The notes under the pieces: generated by a model | The model's database searches: none | Told to the model about the DNA's origin: nothing | What the model saw: the letters and a program-made list of their open reading frames with translations, nothing else | Assembly: GCA_965285935.1 (NCBI GenBank) | Contig: OZ260664.1 | Span: forward strand, 46,500,001 to 46,564,000 | DNA length: 64,000 nucleotides | DNA from: Ophelia neglecta | Taxonomy: Eukaryota | Direction of reading: 5' to 3' | In this document: piece after piece, positions 14,122 to 26,200 of the stretch | Layout of the letters: each line of letters begins with the position of its first letter | Position numbering within the stretch: the stretch's first letter is position 1 | Translations under genes and position numbers: made by a program

Positions 14122-15850
14122 TAAGTAAATGTACATGTACAGTACAGGTACAGCCCTTACCTGGGATTGCACCAACTTAGTAGCTGATGTTCTAGGCAGA
14201 GGGGTCATCCACTAACCTGAAGGTGATCATGGTAAAAGGGGCTAGGGCTGATAAGGGACACTCTGTGCAGTCAATTCCCCTGAATAGTAATCTTGTTTAA
14301 TCTTAACATCTCTTCTGAATGTCCACCATCAACTATAATGGGGCAGCATGCATGAACAGTGGATTAGATTTGTCAACATGGGACATTATTGTTTTTTTTT
14401 GTAGCTACTCAAAGGAATAAAAAAAAGTGGTGTAGGTGAGTTATAACAGCACTGGTAAGTCCCCACTTCTCACTGCTAGTACCTTAGCTAGACTTTAGCT
14501 AGCTAGCAGTCAGTGCATGTCAGCCAAGTCCGAGTAACAGACTTATGGCGACCAATTGACCTAAAAGGTTACCACTGCCTTGTTTTTGACCCTCTTAGTA
14601 GCCACAGAAATATAAGTTATCCTATATGTATAGCTGGGCCTGGCCAACCCTAACACACATCTAGGCTGCATGTGGGTCGAGACACCTGCAGAGAGCGCTA
14701 GAAAACTGGAAGTGCGCAGTAACAAATGATTACTTCAATAATAAGTCATTGAGAGTAGGTAAATATATCTCTGAAAGACTTCACAGAATGCAACAATAAT
14801 TCAAGAGAAACCTAGAGTTTAAACAGAAATTGCTGGGTCTCCGTAGATTGGTATTTTTCTCCAAAAAATTCATTGCTACATGTTTGCACTAAGAACAAAC
14901 AGCTTACTCTATGTTGAAAACAAATCTTATAGTCAGCTCTTGACTACAAAATCCCACAAACTTATCATGCCACCTGGATATTAGCAATGTTCTTTACCTA
15001 GGAGAGGCTTGTATGGCCAAAAGGATTTAATTCACCAGTCATGTACCTTCAATTAAATGGTAACCTTCACAGGCATTTTGATGTGTTTAGCTCTTATAAA
15101 TCATTGAAATAGATCACTTGGAGTCCAACCCTATGCCCGGACAGGGTTGTTACTGTCTATTTATAGTATTGTGGCCCAAGAAACTGGTCTAATATACCAG
15201 TAACTATTCCTCGGGAACACATAAGCCATAAGCCCTTTTTATCAATATTCTTTTTAAAGAAACGTACAAACCTTACATATATATTATATATGCTGCCTAA
15301 AGCAGACTTCTCAAACTTTACATGATTATTCCTACCTGCCCAATTTGTTTTGCTTGTGAGCATTATTACAAAAAAATATCTGTTTATTGACAAAACATTC
15401 CTAGGCATAACATTACTGACTGCACCAAGTGTTTAATCACAACATGTTAATGGTCTTTGTGGTTCCAACCTGATATCCTTAACTTTATAGCCTACCAAAT
15501 ATACAACCTGATAAGCAAGAAAAATAAACCAGCCATCTCAGGATCATGTGAATGGGAAAACATGAAAACCTAGCTTCTAGCTGAGGAATAGTTTGGTACT
15601 GGAATGATGGCAGGTGTCATAAACTAGAGGGGGAATGGAGATTAGGAGGGAGATTGGGAGGAGAGAGGAAAATATGAAAAGGCAGTGGGCAAAACTGACA
15701 AGAAAAAGAAAGGTAAAGGGAGAAAAAAGGAAGGATTCAAGACTGGAGTTAGGAACTGGGAGAATGAAACAGGGAGGTTCAAACATACTGGGAAGAAGCA
15801 GGAAAAAAGAGCAAGAGAAGGAAGACCAAGGTAAAAAAAAAACAGGATGC

Positions 15851-16551
15851 TACAGACAGGAACAAGCAGGATTATAACAGGGAGCACATGGGGGACAGGA
15901 TTAGGAAGGAACTGAACTGGTACAGAGGGGATTGAGAAAGAACTGAGCTGGTACAGAGGAGAACAAGCAGGATGAACAGGGGGCACATGGGGGACAGGAT
16001 TAGGAAGGAACTGAGCTGGTACAGAGGGGATTGAGAAAAAACTGAGCTGGTACAGAGGGGATTGAGAAAGAACTGAGCTGGTACAGAGAAGAACAAGCAG
16101 GATGAACAGGGGGCACATGGGGGACAGGATTAGGAAGGAACTGAGCTGGTACAGAGAGGATTGAGAAATAACTGAGCTGGTACAGAGGGGATTGAGAAAG
16201 AACTGAGCTGGTACAGAGGGGATTGAGAAATAACTGAGCTGGTACAGAGGGGATTGAGAAAGAACTGAGCTGGTACAGAGGGGATTGAGAAAGAACTGAG
16301 CTGGTACAGAGGGGATTGTGAAAGAACTGAGCTGATACAGAGAAAGACGAGCAGGATGAACAGGGAGAAAACAGGGGGACCAGAAGCAGGAAGGAACTGA
16401 ACTGGTACAGAGGGATTGAGAAAGAACTGAGATGGTACAGAGACATACAAGCAGGATGAACAGGGGGCATATGGGAGATAGAAGCAGGTAGGAACTGAAC
16501 TGGTACAGAGGGGATTGAGAAAGAACTGAGCTGGTACAGAGGAGAACAAGC
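15851..16551. repeat. composite purine-rich minisatellite (31-bp core with a periodic longer spacer)
   Basis: Core gaactgagctggtacagaggggattgagaaa (period 31 at 16141/16172), interleaved with gaacaagcaggatgaacagggggcacatgggggacaggattaggaag. Confidence 0.95.
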
Positions 16552-16831
16552 AATGATTAAAAGGAGAGGGGGGGTAGGGTCATAAGGGAAATGAGGTAAT
16601 GAGGAACAAAGGTCAGGGAGTTTGGGAAGGAATAGGAACTGGGGGTGGGGGGGTGGGGTGGATAGGATGAGTGGGATACAACAGGGAGGGACTGACTTTG
16701 AGGAAAGGGAGGAAATGTGTGAAGGGTATGATATATGCTGTGAGGGACCAGTGGACCTGACCTTTATCTAAACAGCCTTAGAGGAGTTGTTGGCTTAAAG
16801 CAATGCCCTATTTCACTCTGTGCTCAGTATT

Positions 16832-17414
16832 TAACAGGGTTCAGTCTAACATATAAAATCCTTTTGCTGTACCAGACTTCTGTGCAGGTGATGACCTGTG
16901 ACTATTAACATGGTTCAGTTTAACATCTACATCCTCTTGCTGGACCAGAGTTTCCTGTGGGTGAAGACCTGTGACTGTTAACATGGTTCAGTTTAAAATC
17001 TACATCCTCTTGCTGGACCAGAGTTTCCTGTGGGTGAAGATCTGTGACTGTTAACAGGGTTCAGTTTAAAATCTACATCCTCTTGCTGGACCAGAGTTTC
17101 CTGTGGGTGAAGACCTGTGACTGTTAACAGGGTTCAGTTTAAAATCTACATCCTCTTGCTGGACCAGAGTTTCCTGTGGGTGAAGACCTGTGACTGTTAA
17201 CAGGGTTCAGTTTAAAATCTACATCCTCTTGCTGGACCAGAGTTTCCTGTGGGTGAAGATCTGTGACTGTTAACAGGGTTCAGTTTAAAATCTACATCCT
17301 CTTGCTGGACCAGACTTCTGTGCAGGTGATGACTTGTGACTACTAACAGAGTTCAGTTTAACATCTACATCCTCTTGCTGGACCAGAGTTTCCTGTGGGT
17401 GATGACCTATGACT
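16832..17414. repeat. 73-bp minisatellite, ~8 copies
   Basis: Unit gtttaaaatctacatcctcttgctggaccagagtttcctgtgggtgaagacctgtgactgttaacagggttca. The period of 73 is seen at 16991/17064; central copies are near-identical and edges diverged. Confidence 0.97.
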
Positions 17415-19190
17415 GCAAGCATTCTACGCACAGTTGTAGGCACAGTTGTATGAGACAAGAGGTCCAGGCTTCTGATGCATCATAATGGCTATTTACCCAA
17501 TTAGTCAAATCTTAAGTTAGCTTCTGAGAGATAAGGTTCAGTTGAGGATTTGGTTCATGCAGATCTAATTATTTGTTTCCCCTGAGGTTTTTCCACCACT
17601 CAATATATAAATAGCTGCAACAAAATTCTGGATTAGAATAGCTTGGGTGATGGCTACAGAAATAATGTACATAATTTTCCAGTTTATTCTTCTGAACTAA
17701 CTTTGAAAATTTGATGATAGTGAATCCTTTTATCAAACAATGTAAACCATGCTAAGTTAACATTATGACAATACATGAGTAAAAATCAACACCATCCACA
17801 TGCAAACACAGCCATCTTTACACCAGACAAAAAGCAGGCATTAGATGGACAGTGACACATGATAAGTAGACACCTTACATGTACATGTACCTGCTGACAA
17901 ACCACATTTCTAATCTGTTATCAAAATGAAATATGACATTTTTGCTATTGAATTGTCTGGCACACAAAGTCAGGGAAACATCAGTCTGACACATGACACA
18001 GACATTAAGTGTTTACATAATGATTCTCAACACAGTGACATTTTACTAACATTAATGACACTCTGTCGCAGTCTATCACACATTGATGACACTCTTGACA
18101 CCATCCATACATGAGGGAGCCATGTACAGTGTCCAGGCAGAGTGAGCTGGACACGGAGATTGTGATCAGATACTATGGAACCAGGTCAATGGTATCACCA
18201 TTCTCAGAATCCTATTTATTCAATGACAGAGAATGGCATGTAAAAGGGAGAGAGGGAGTAGAGATGAAGAAGGCTGAGAGATGAAGTGGCCTGTTTGCCA
18301 TACAGGTTCAACAGTGGGTTTTAAAGTGTTCTGTTCTTAGCCTAGCTGGCCTTGAACAGGCCAGAATTGTTTTATCGCTAGAAGCAAGAAGGCCCTCCTA
18401 ATTCATGGCACCAGTCTACACACATAACAGGACACTGAGCCATCCTTCAATTATAGCACCAACTCCAGTCCCATGCATACAAACGATGGACTGGAGAGCA
18501 GTTTGTCAGGCTGACTTCTGTTAATCAGCCCGCCCCTGTGAGCACAAAACGCAACTCACACTAGCAACAATTACTTGATTAGGGGCACAAGGCATATCAA
18601 ATTGTGACTTGGGCAGGAATTTAACCATTATCATACGCTGCTTCTTTTGGAAAACCAGCCCGGGGGGACCTGGCTCGAGGGGCTGACGCTAGTTTGGGGG
18701 AGGGGGGAGGGGGTTGAGGAGCTGCCTCCCGGGAGTTCTTCACATTGCCCTAGACAGGCCATGGAGCTAGCCTGGCAAGACGCTAGTGAAACCAGCCCAG
18801 GAAGCTGGCTCCTGGGCTCTCTTCACAGTCCAGGTCTGCAAGACACTGGGTGAGAGCATGCTTTATATACAAAGTACAGACACATTTAATACAGAAACAC
18901 ACTCCCTTGGTTTAGAGTTAAGCAAAAATGTTGACTAAAAGATGTTAAAGGGGGCTTTGAGTATATACAAATATAGGGTTTATTATGTGCAATATACATC
19001 TGGAGCTAGTAGTATTGTGTTAGTGAGGTTGGGCGGTGTGACTGACCCACTTTGCTGCCTGACCTGATAGTGAAGATGACCTATGGTCATGTGCCTGGTA
19101 CAGCCCACTCCACCTGTCCACGGCTCTAGATCACACACTATCATAGTGACTACGGGCAGCTCTCTCGCTTCAACGCTACACGCTCCTTAC

Positions 19191-19204
19191 CGGCGGCTCT
19201 TGGA
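19191..19204 (-). other. candidate 14-nt microexon, or 3' end of a longer exon
   Basis: ttctggttttgcttttgcccag|TCCAAGAGCCGCCG|gtaagg, in a locally CpG-retaining patch. Reads SKSR+ (phase 0 in, phase 2 out). Confidence 0.4.
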
Positions 19205-21387
19205 CTGGGCAAAAGCAAAACCAGAAGGCAGCCAGCTTCTCTACACAGCCTACAATCTTTAAATATATCTCTTGCCAACTCCGATAAAATAGCTTTGGCA
19301 GAAAAGTACGAAGAAAGTGGAAGGATGAAGAAGCATTTAACGTAAAGGCTATTTATCTTAATTTAGGCCTGTTAACACTTCTGACTGTACTATTAGCAAA
19401 ACAGCTCCATTTACATCACATTGGAGCACACACACAAAAAACTTAGTGAGCCATTTAAAATGAGAAATCTTTCCAGTAAGCACCAGGTTATCACAGGCAG
19501 AAAGCCGGCAGCAATTCAGCAAATTGGACAATAACTCTTGTTATAGTACAGAGCATAAATTCATTGATATCGGATCAACTGGGCTAAGTAAAATTTCACT
19601 AGACTGTGTTTAATTAAGGCAGATACTGCTCACATGTGGTATACACAATGTCATATTTTGAAATTAAAATGGTAAGTTACATAAAAGCCATGTAATTATA
19701 CTTATCTGAAGAATGTTATCAATTATTCATTTTGGTTTGTTCACAGATATTGATATGTTTTATGGCATTATACATGAACTAAATAAAGGGGTCATTACAG
19801 ATTTGAGTCACTTCACTTAGCTGCATAACACCTAAAATCAGTGTATGAGACATATGAAAAATTTGGTTGATTTGGAAGATTGTAGGGGAATAATGGAACT
19901 GTTACTATAAAGCAGAGATTGAACAGCTACAGTGGCAGGTTTTATATGACAGGCAAATCTTAAACAGTGGAGATGGAGATGGCCCTGCTAGGAAGGCAAA
20001 CATCTCAGACAGTCATAACTCGGAAATCGACAGGGACAAGTGGCACTGGAGTCTCCATGTCAGAGATTGTCAGTTATAGCAGATAAACGTGAAGACAGTT
20101 TAAGGCAGGTTCTTCAAGGCATGTTGGGTAATGCAGGGCAAAGTCGAGGCTTGCCCTCACTTTGCCGGTGGCTTGCCCCCAACAGCCTGGTAAAATTCCA
20201 ACAATATTGAAAACTTCTCTCTAACTGGGTAAAAGTGTTTACAATAAATATGATGGGAAGGGTATACAGAGTACAGTAGACACATGCATACACTGAGCAC
20301 CGACATACTGAACACATATAACCTAGCTTTAGCAAACTTCTTACAAGAAAACATACAGAATACTTCTAAGAAGAATTTCAACTGCTAGTTTTGTAAACTT
20401 TTAATCATGATAAAAATGCCTTGGCATGTCACATTTCATAATTGCTATAGTTTCTGAAAGCATTACCTAATGTAAACGATCCCTCAAAGGAAGCTTAATT
20501 TCATGACTCCATTTTCATTTAAGTGCTGTCCATACAGATCACTTTGTGGGCAGATAATATCTACCTAGAAGATATACTGCAGAATACACAGATCATCTTT
20601 CTAGCACAACACCTGTTAGTGTTAGCTGGCCATTGTCAAGACCTCTAATAAATAACAAAGCATCGCACATCCTCTTCAGGGAGGCAGACAGTGGTGGCTG
20701 TTTGGGGCCAATATTGGTAATTGCCATCCAAAGGATCACCATAACAGGTATTGTCAAAATCATTTCATATCCAAAGGCTTCATAAAATTACAGGTGGGAA
20801 AAGATATCTCCCTAGATAGCTAGGAAGGAGAGTGATTATAATTTGTATAATTCAATACCCTGTTATACAATGCCAGCACAAGCTTTGATTACCTCTGGGC
20901 TATACAAAGCTGGCACTATTCACACTGGTGAAACAATAGACATTAACCAAAAGAAGATCAAATCAAACAGATAGTGGGCCTTCAGCTTCATGTATATACA
21001 TATATTTATAATATAAATTGTTAACCAGCAGCCTGAATACAGTTATATGTATTGATCATGCTGATTATAGTATAGACAGTAATTTAATAGCTTCATTATC
21101 TAATTAATTATATATGATGTGTTGGCCACTATCACCTACATAGCTACCATCATGTCTATTGTTTGACTAAAAAGGTTTAATTTACCTTGCATGTGATTTT
21201 ACAGATTATTTATTACTCCTTGCCACCTGACTTTAATCCCATATTATATAGAGGTTTGCGATACTAGTAAGCTAATTGTTGTAAGTGCATGTAGTAGCAT
21301 AATCTATTTTAAACTTAACCAAGGGGACAGTTAAAACAATTCCATAGTTATTACCATAAAAATGTTAGTATGACAGATGTAATTTAC

Positions 21388-21647
21388 CTTAGAGCTCTGC
21401 GTTTCCGATGCCTTTTCTTTCTCTTTTTCTCGTTTTTTCTCAGCAGCCTTGCTTTGGCTGGTGTGAGTGAACAGTCTGGTGTCATACCAACCGCCATGCA
21501 CGATTCTAATAGTTTTTTAATAACTTTATCCGTATTTGCATTTGAGGAAGATGATTTCCCCTTATATAGATCCAAAGGATTGTAGTTCCAGCTGCTGAGG
21601 GGCTGCATCAGAGAGGTCTGGGCCGAGGACGTGGTGTCCACGTGAAG
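21388..21647 (-). CDS. candidate start-codon exon (ATG 21608; MQPLSSWNYNPLDLYKGK...KNEKKRKKRHRKRRALR)
   Basis: Acceptor ctgcccttacctcccag with ctgac upstream, open frame throughout, donor AG|gtaaat in phase 2. Ends in a strongly basic NLS-like tract. Confidence 0.65.
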
Positions 21648-21771
21648 CTGGGAGGTAAGGGCAGCCAGGGTGGTAACGGGGGAGGTCAGAGTGGGGTAAA
21701 GGGACCACCTGACTGATAGATAATACTCTATTACAGACTCTGACCTATCTCTAACACCCTTTACCACTCAC

Positions 21772-21870
21772 CACAGACGGCTTACTGACACACAATAACT
21801 GTAACCGGCTGGTGACTGCTCAGCTATACATGTACCCACAGACAATACACTTCACACAAACTCTGCCCTC
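21772..21870 (-). other. candidate 99-nt 5'UTR exon
   Basis: Acceptor tagttcctgttctgctag at 21871 and donor TG|gtgagt at 21771, flanked by 120- and 124-nt introns. It has a stop in the frame of the downstream exon. Confidence 0.5.
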
Positions 21871-21990
21871 CTAGCAGAACAGGAACTACAGGACCACCAA
21901 CAACCAGCTACAATGTCCTGCACACCAGCTATATTCCTCCACATCTGAGCAGGGAGATGTCATGGGCCACAATATTGATATCTCCCTTAC

Positions 21991-22360
21991 CAGTAATCCA
22001 CTGCTCCTCGGCTCCCAGAAAGCGCCCTATCGCTGTAACCCTATAACCAAAAGCTTATATCGCTTCACTGGTATCACTTGAATGCCATCCAAATTTGATC
22101 AATTCATTTGCGCTGGCCACTCTAGCAGGAGTGTATGGGTATGATCCAGTATGGAGATGATCGCGCTTGCTTCAGCACAGACAGCCAACTGCTGCCAGAG
22201 CACCACCACCAGCAGCAGCTGATAGTTAGGTCCCTTTACTTCCCTTACCTTCTGTTAGACCCGAAAGTGAAAGGTAACACTTGTCTGGGCTATAGTGTTG
22301 CTGCGGTCAGCAGAACGCCATGTCAGAGAGTCCGACGGGCTAGACAGGGAGTGGTGGCAG
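21991..22360 (-). promoter_or_regulatory. candidate internal promoter / non-coding leader exons (5' limits uncertain)
   Basis: Strong donors CTG|gtaagg (21990) and AAG|gtaagg (22248) within a stretch richer in CpG than the background. Confidence 0.4.
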
Positions 22361-23033
22361 CCCCTTTGACCTATAGACTTCAGGAAAGATCTGCCAACAC
22401 AGTATCCTTCTACACTCCAAAACCCTATCTCCCTTCAATCTCCACGCTACAGGCGCACTGCAATCCTCACTCAGTTCTTGAGATCACACCGCCTTATTGC
22501 TGTACTTTTAACCCCACAGTGTATTTCTGTAGTGGCAGTGGATTCTTACAGACAGGTCCTGTGGCTGTGTGCGATATGGTGCCTAGCTGGACTAGGCACT
22601 GCTGTAAAGCAAAGCCTGTCTGCAAGCCTGTTTAACCTTCAACATCCCAGCCTGCTGCTGTTCCAGCAGCTCATCCTAGTTTGTTTGCCTGTTGTCCTGT
22701 TAATCAATTGCTACCAACCCCAAGCCCTAGCCACATTACTGACTAAGTCCCCACAATGCATCATAAGCAAGTGTCTTCCCCACTGTCAGTGTTTTTTGTC
22801 AGCAATAGATGGTAATCCAGATATCACTTCCTCTGGGCATGTCAGAGGCTCTAAGTCCTAAGAATCAATTGTCCCAGGGCCCACTGGTTACCTCGAGCTC
22901 ATGACCACCATGACCTCATGACCACCATAGCTAGTTGCAGTGCCAGGGTACTAAACAGTCAAACCTCTGAGATACAGTTACAGTATACCCTAAGGCCAAA
23001 GATCAGTAATCCACTGCCTAAAACCGCTCTTAC

Positions 23034-23215
23034 CACCGCCCAAATGTATCCTTGCCGTACTTGGTGGACCACTGGGGGGAATAAACCGCACTCCACAACA
23101 GTAATATGCTACCCCTGGGCACTTTGTACATTGAGGCGCAGTGGAGGTAAACGCATTTAGCGTATAATGGTTCCTTTAAGCAAGAGGATCGAAGGTCAAA
23201 GATCACCGCTAGCAT
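23034..23215 (-). CDS. candidate alternative first coding exon (ATG 23215 or 23131; ...KYGKDTFGR+)
   Basis: Open frame from ATG to donor TG|gtaaga in phase 2; locally CpG-rich. Confidence 0.4.
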
Positions 23216-26200
23216 CAATGTAAGTGGGATCTTCTTGAGCTGATGTGCAGAAACGTGTTGCGTCAATAAAATTATTTAAGTATCAGTAAACACAAACAGC
23301 TTTAGTAAATTGCCAACAGATTAAGTCAGGTGTGTCTATCTGTGTTGCCACTCAGTCCACAACATTCAGCTATCTTTTGAAAGTCAATTTGACATGAGAA
23401 TATTCTATTTCCATGCCTTCCGGTTCCATCTGTCAGGAGTGTGGGCCAAGGCATGGACGACAAGTCTGGGAGTAGACAGGTACCAGATGTCTGTCGGTCT
23501 TTGGTGACACTGTGGCTGCTTTTAAATACTCTCCTTCCTGGCTTCTGGCTCTCTTTGTCAGGTGAACACAGTCCCGGAGCAAGCTTCCCACGCTACTTAG
23601 TTTGTCGCCTCAAATCATGGACTGAAAGTCATGCCCAGGTTCTAGCTACACCTACAAGCAAATAGCAAGCAATCGGCACTGTTTTAAGTCAACACAATAT
23701 TTAGTCTGTTAGGCACCTGGTGACGAGCTGCCAATGTAAAGAAACACTGCACACTGCAGTGGTAATGTTCAGTCACAATGTGTGATCTATTGTCCCAGGG
23801 AAGTATTGCTACACCTTGCGCCTCCTGCCTAGTGATACAATAAGGCAGGTTTTGTAAGGTTTTATATATTTCTGTCAAGTAGAGAAGCACCACATGAAAA
23901 CCAGACCTGGCTTATCCCCTGCTACTCTGCCAACCTATTTTTTGCCTGTAGATAAATATATATTTACCAAATGGTGAAACCTTTCAGGGAAATGTAATAG
24001 AGTGGGTATGGTGCTGATTACAGAGAATAAGGTCTCATGTGAACAGAGGAAATGAATGCTTGGTTGGGACTTCAAAGTATCAGGTCAATTGAAATTCAAG
24101 TTATTATAAAAGATAATACTAAGCATATTTGTACTTGAGACCAATTCTTATTTTCATTACTGGTATTATTATAAAATTGTTGCTAGGGTTTTGCAGCAAG
24201 TCACATCTTACTACAAGTTGATTTGATATATTCCTATCAGAGTATAATCCTCCAGGTCTCTATAACTGGACATGTTAATTGTTTCTCGATCATCATCTCT
24301 TCCTGTATGTGTGTTTTTGTGACAATAAACTAACTGAAAGAATGCAATTAAAATATTTCAGTGTGTATTATTTTTTTGTTCTACCAGGCTTGCTCTCCCT
24401 CTAGAAGACTATTCAAACAATGAAAATCATACTTAATGATGATCAGTACCTGATGACAGCTAACAACAGCAACAGGTGAACAATATTTCCCCTGATGAAC
24501 TGCAATATGATAGGTACTCAATTAGGGACAACATTTAATCTTAGCCAAGTACAGGTATAAATGTACATCTGCTTAATATGTTGTTACCTAATCTGAGGCC
24601 GAAATTTAAAGAAAATTTGGTGTCAGAACTCATTAATAAATAAGGTCAAAATCATTACTTGATTGGTTCTTTGAACATTCTCTGAGCTTCAGTCATTTTA
24701 ACCAGAGGGAAGAGGGAATTCTGAAGAGGAATGGCTATAAGGCAGCCGGTTACTAATATATTACTTCTATATTTAAAGGTATTTTTGCACTCTATACTGT
24801 CCCTCAAACAGGGTCCCTGCCGACACAGTTAAACCCAGGCCATGGGTATCACACGTGTACAATGTCATGTGGAGTCAACATTACATTCAGACAAAATTCG
24901 GAGCCCTCTGGTCTGTGGATGATATTCTCTTAGAGTGTATCAGCAGGGGTCTGAAGGGATGCTGGTAAATATGTAAAACACAACCACTGTCCTCACTGTA
25001 TGTCTGACTCTCGTGCTATATGGAAAAACACACAATCCAGGCAGGGGCCATGTGACTGCCATCTTGGTTTACACGCCCATCATGGGACCTGCTTAGCACA
25101 GCAAACAAGGCACACCATAACGGACTAATTTGGTTACTCCCATATACATACTTGAGACAGGCTTAAAATTGGCCAAAGCAGCAATAGACTGCAGGATGGA
25201 CAAGGTGACTTCCTTTGTCAGGGCTGTGTGTGTGCATAAATGAATCAGGGGACATCAATTTCATTTGGCCATGCCAGGCTAAGGACAGCTATAGACCACA
25301 ACATGGGTATCAGGGAAATTACCACAAATGACATGTACTATATGTACATGTATAATGCCAAACTGAACTGAATTTGATTTAGATTATTATTTGTACTCTG
25401 GGCTGGTTAAACATGCATGGCCTGATATCTTATTCAACAAAGCTGAAGGCCTATTACCCTCAGTAGATACTTCATAACTATACAGGATATTTGATAGGCA
25501 ATCACACCTTCCGACCACACATGTAAAGGCTGTCCCAGCACCACAGCTGTTTGTTTCTAATATTGGCCTAGCATTCTTAAGGGGGTTAAGTCCCAGTAGT
25601 CAACAGTTAGCTTTTGCCAGCTTTGATCTCCCTAGCAAACACTCAATCAGAGGAACCAGAAAGTAAATTTGAGCTTTAGCTGATCCGAGAGCTAATGAAT
25701 CCCTCAAGAGCTCTGTTACTACAGCTTTGGAAGTGCCCCATTGAAACAAAAGTCCACAAAATACAATTACCAAGAAAATATTGCTTTATTTCATGGTAAA
25801 ATTATTATTATTACTGGCTTCATGATTGCTTTTTTTAGATATCTCACTAATAATCAAAGCCTAGGTTTCTCCCTCCAGGGACTTAGCCGACTCCTCAAAA
25901 GCTCTATTGACTAGCTAACCCAATGAAAAGAGCCTAATAAAGAGCCAATCATGAGAGGTCCCAGGTCGTTACCACAGGTCTAGCCACATTATAGAAGCTG
26001 AGCTTTTCTCCTATATTATCCATAGCCCACTAGCTTATTCTTTGACAGGTGCATGAATTTACCCCTTACTAAATATTTTACAGCTGGAATTTGTGCAAGG
26101 CCTTTCTAGTAATAGATCATGTGCAAACACGATGAGTGCAGCAGATAATAGACTATCAGTGATGTGTGTAATCTGTACATAAACCCTGTCTAACTACTAG

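Noticed and set aside
15577-16553. Longest ORFs (up to 303 aa)
   Set aside because: They are translations of the 31-bp purine-rich minisatellite, open in several frames with repetitive peptides.
8112-17414. CRISPR-like regular repeats
   Set aside because: Units are head-to-tail without unique spacers, there are no cas genes, and the context is eukaryotic.
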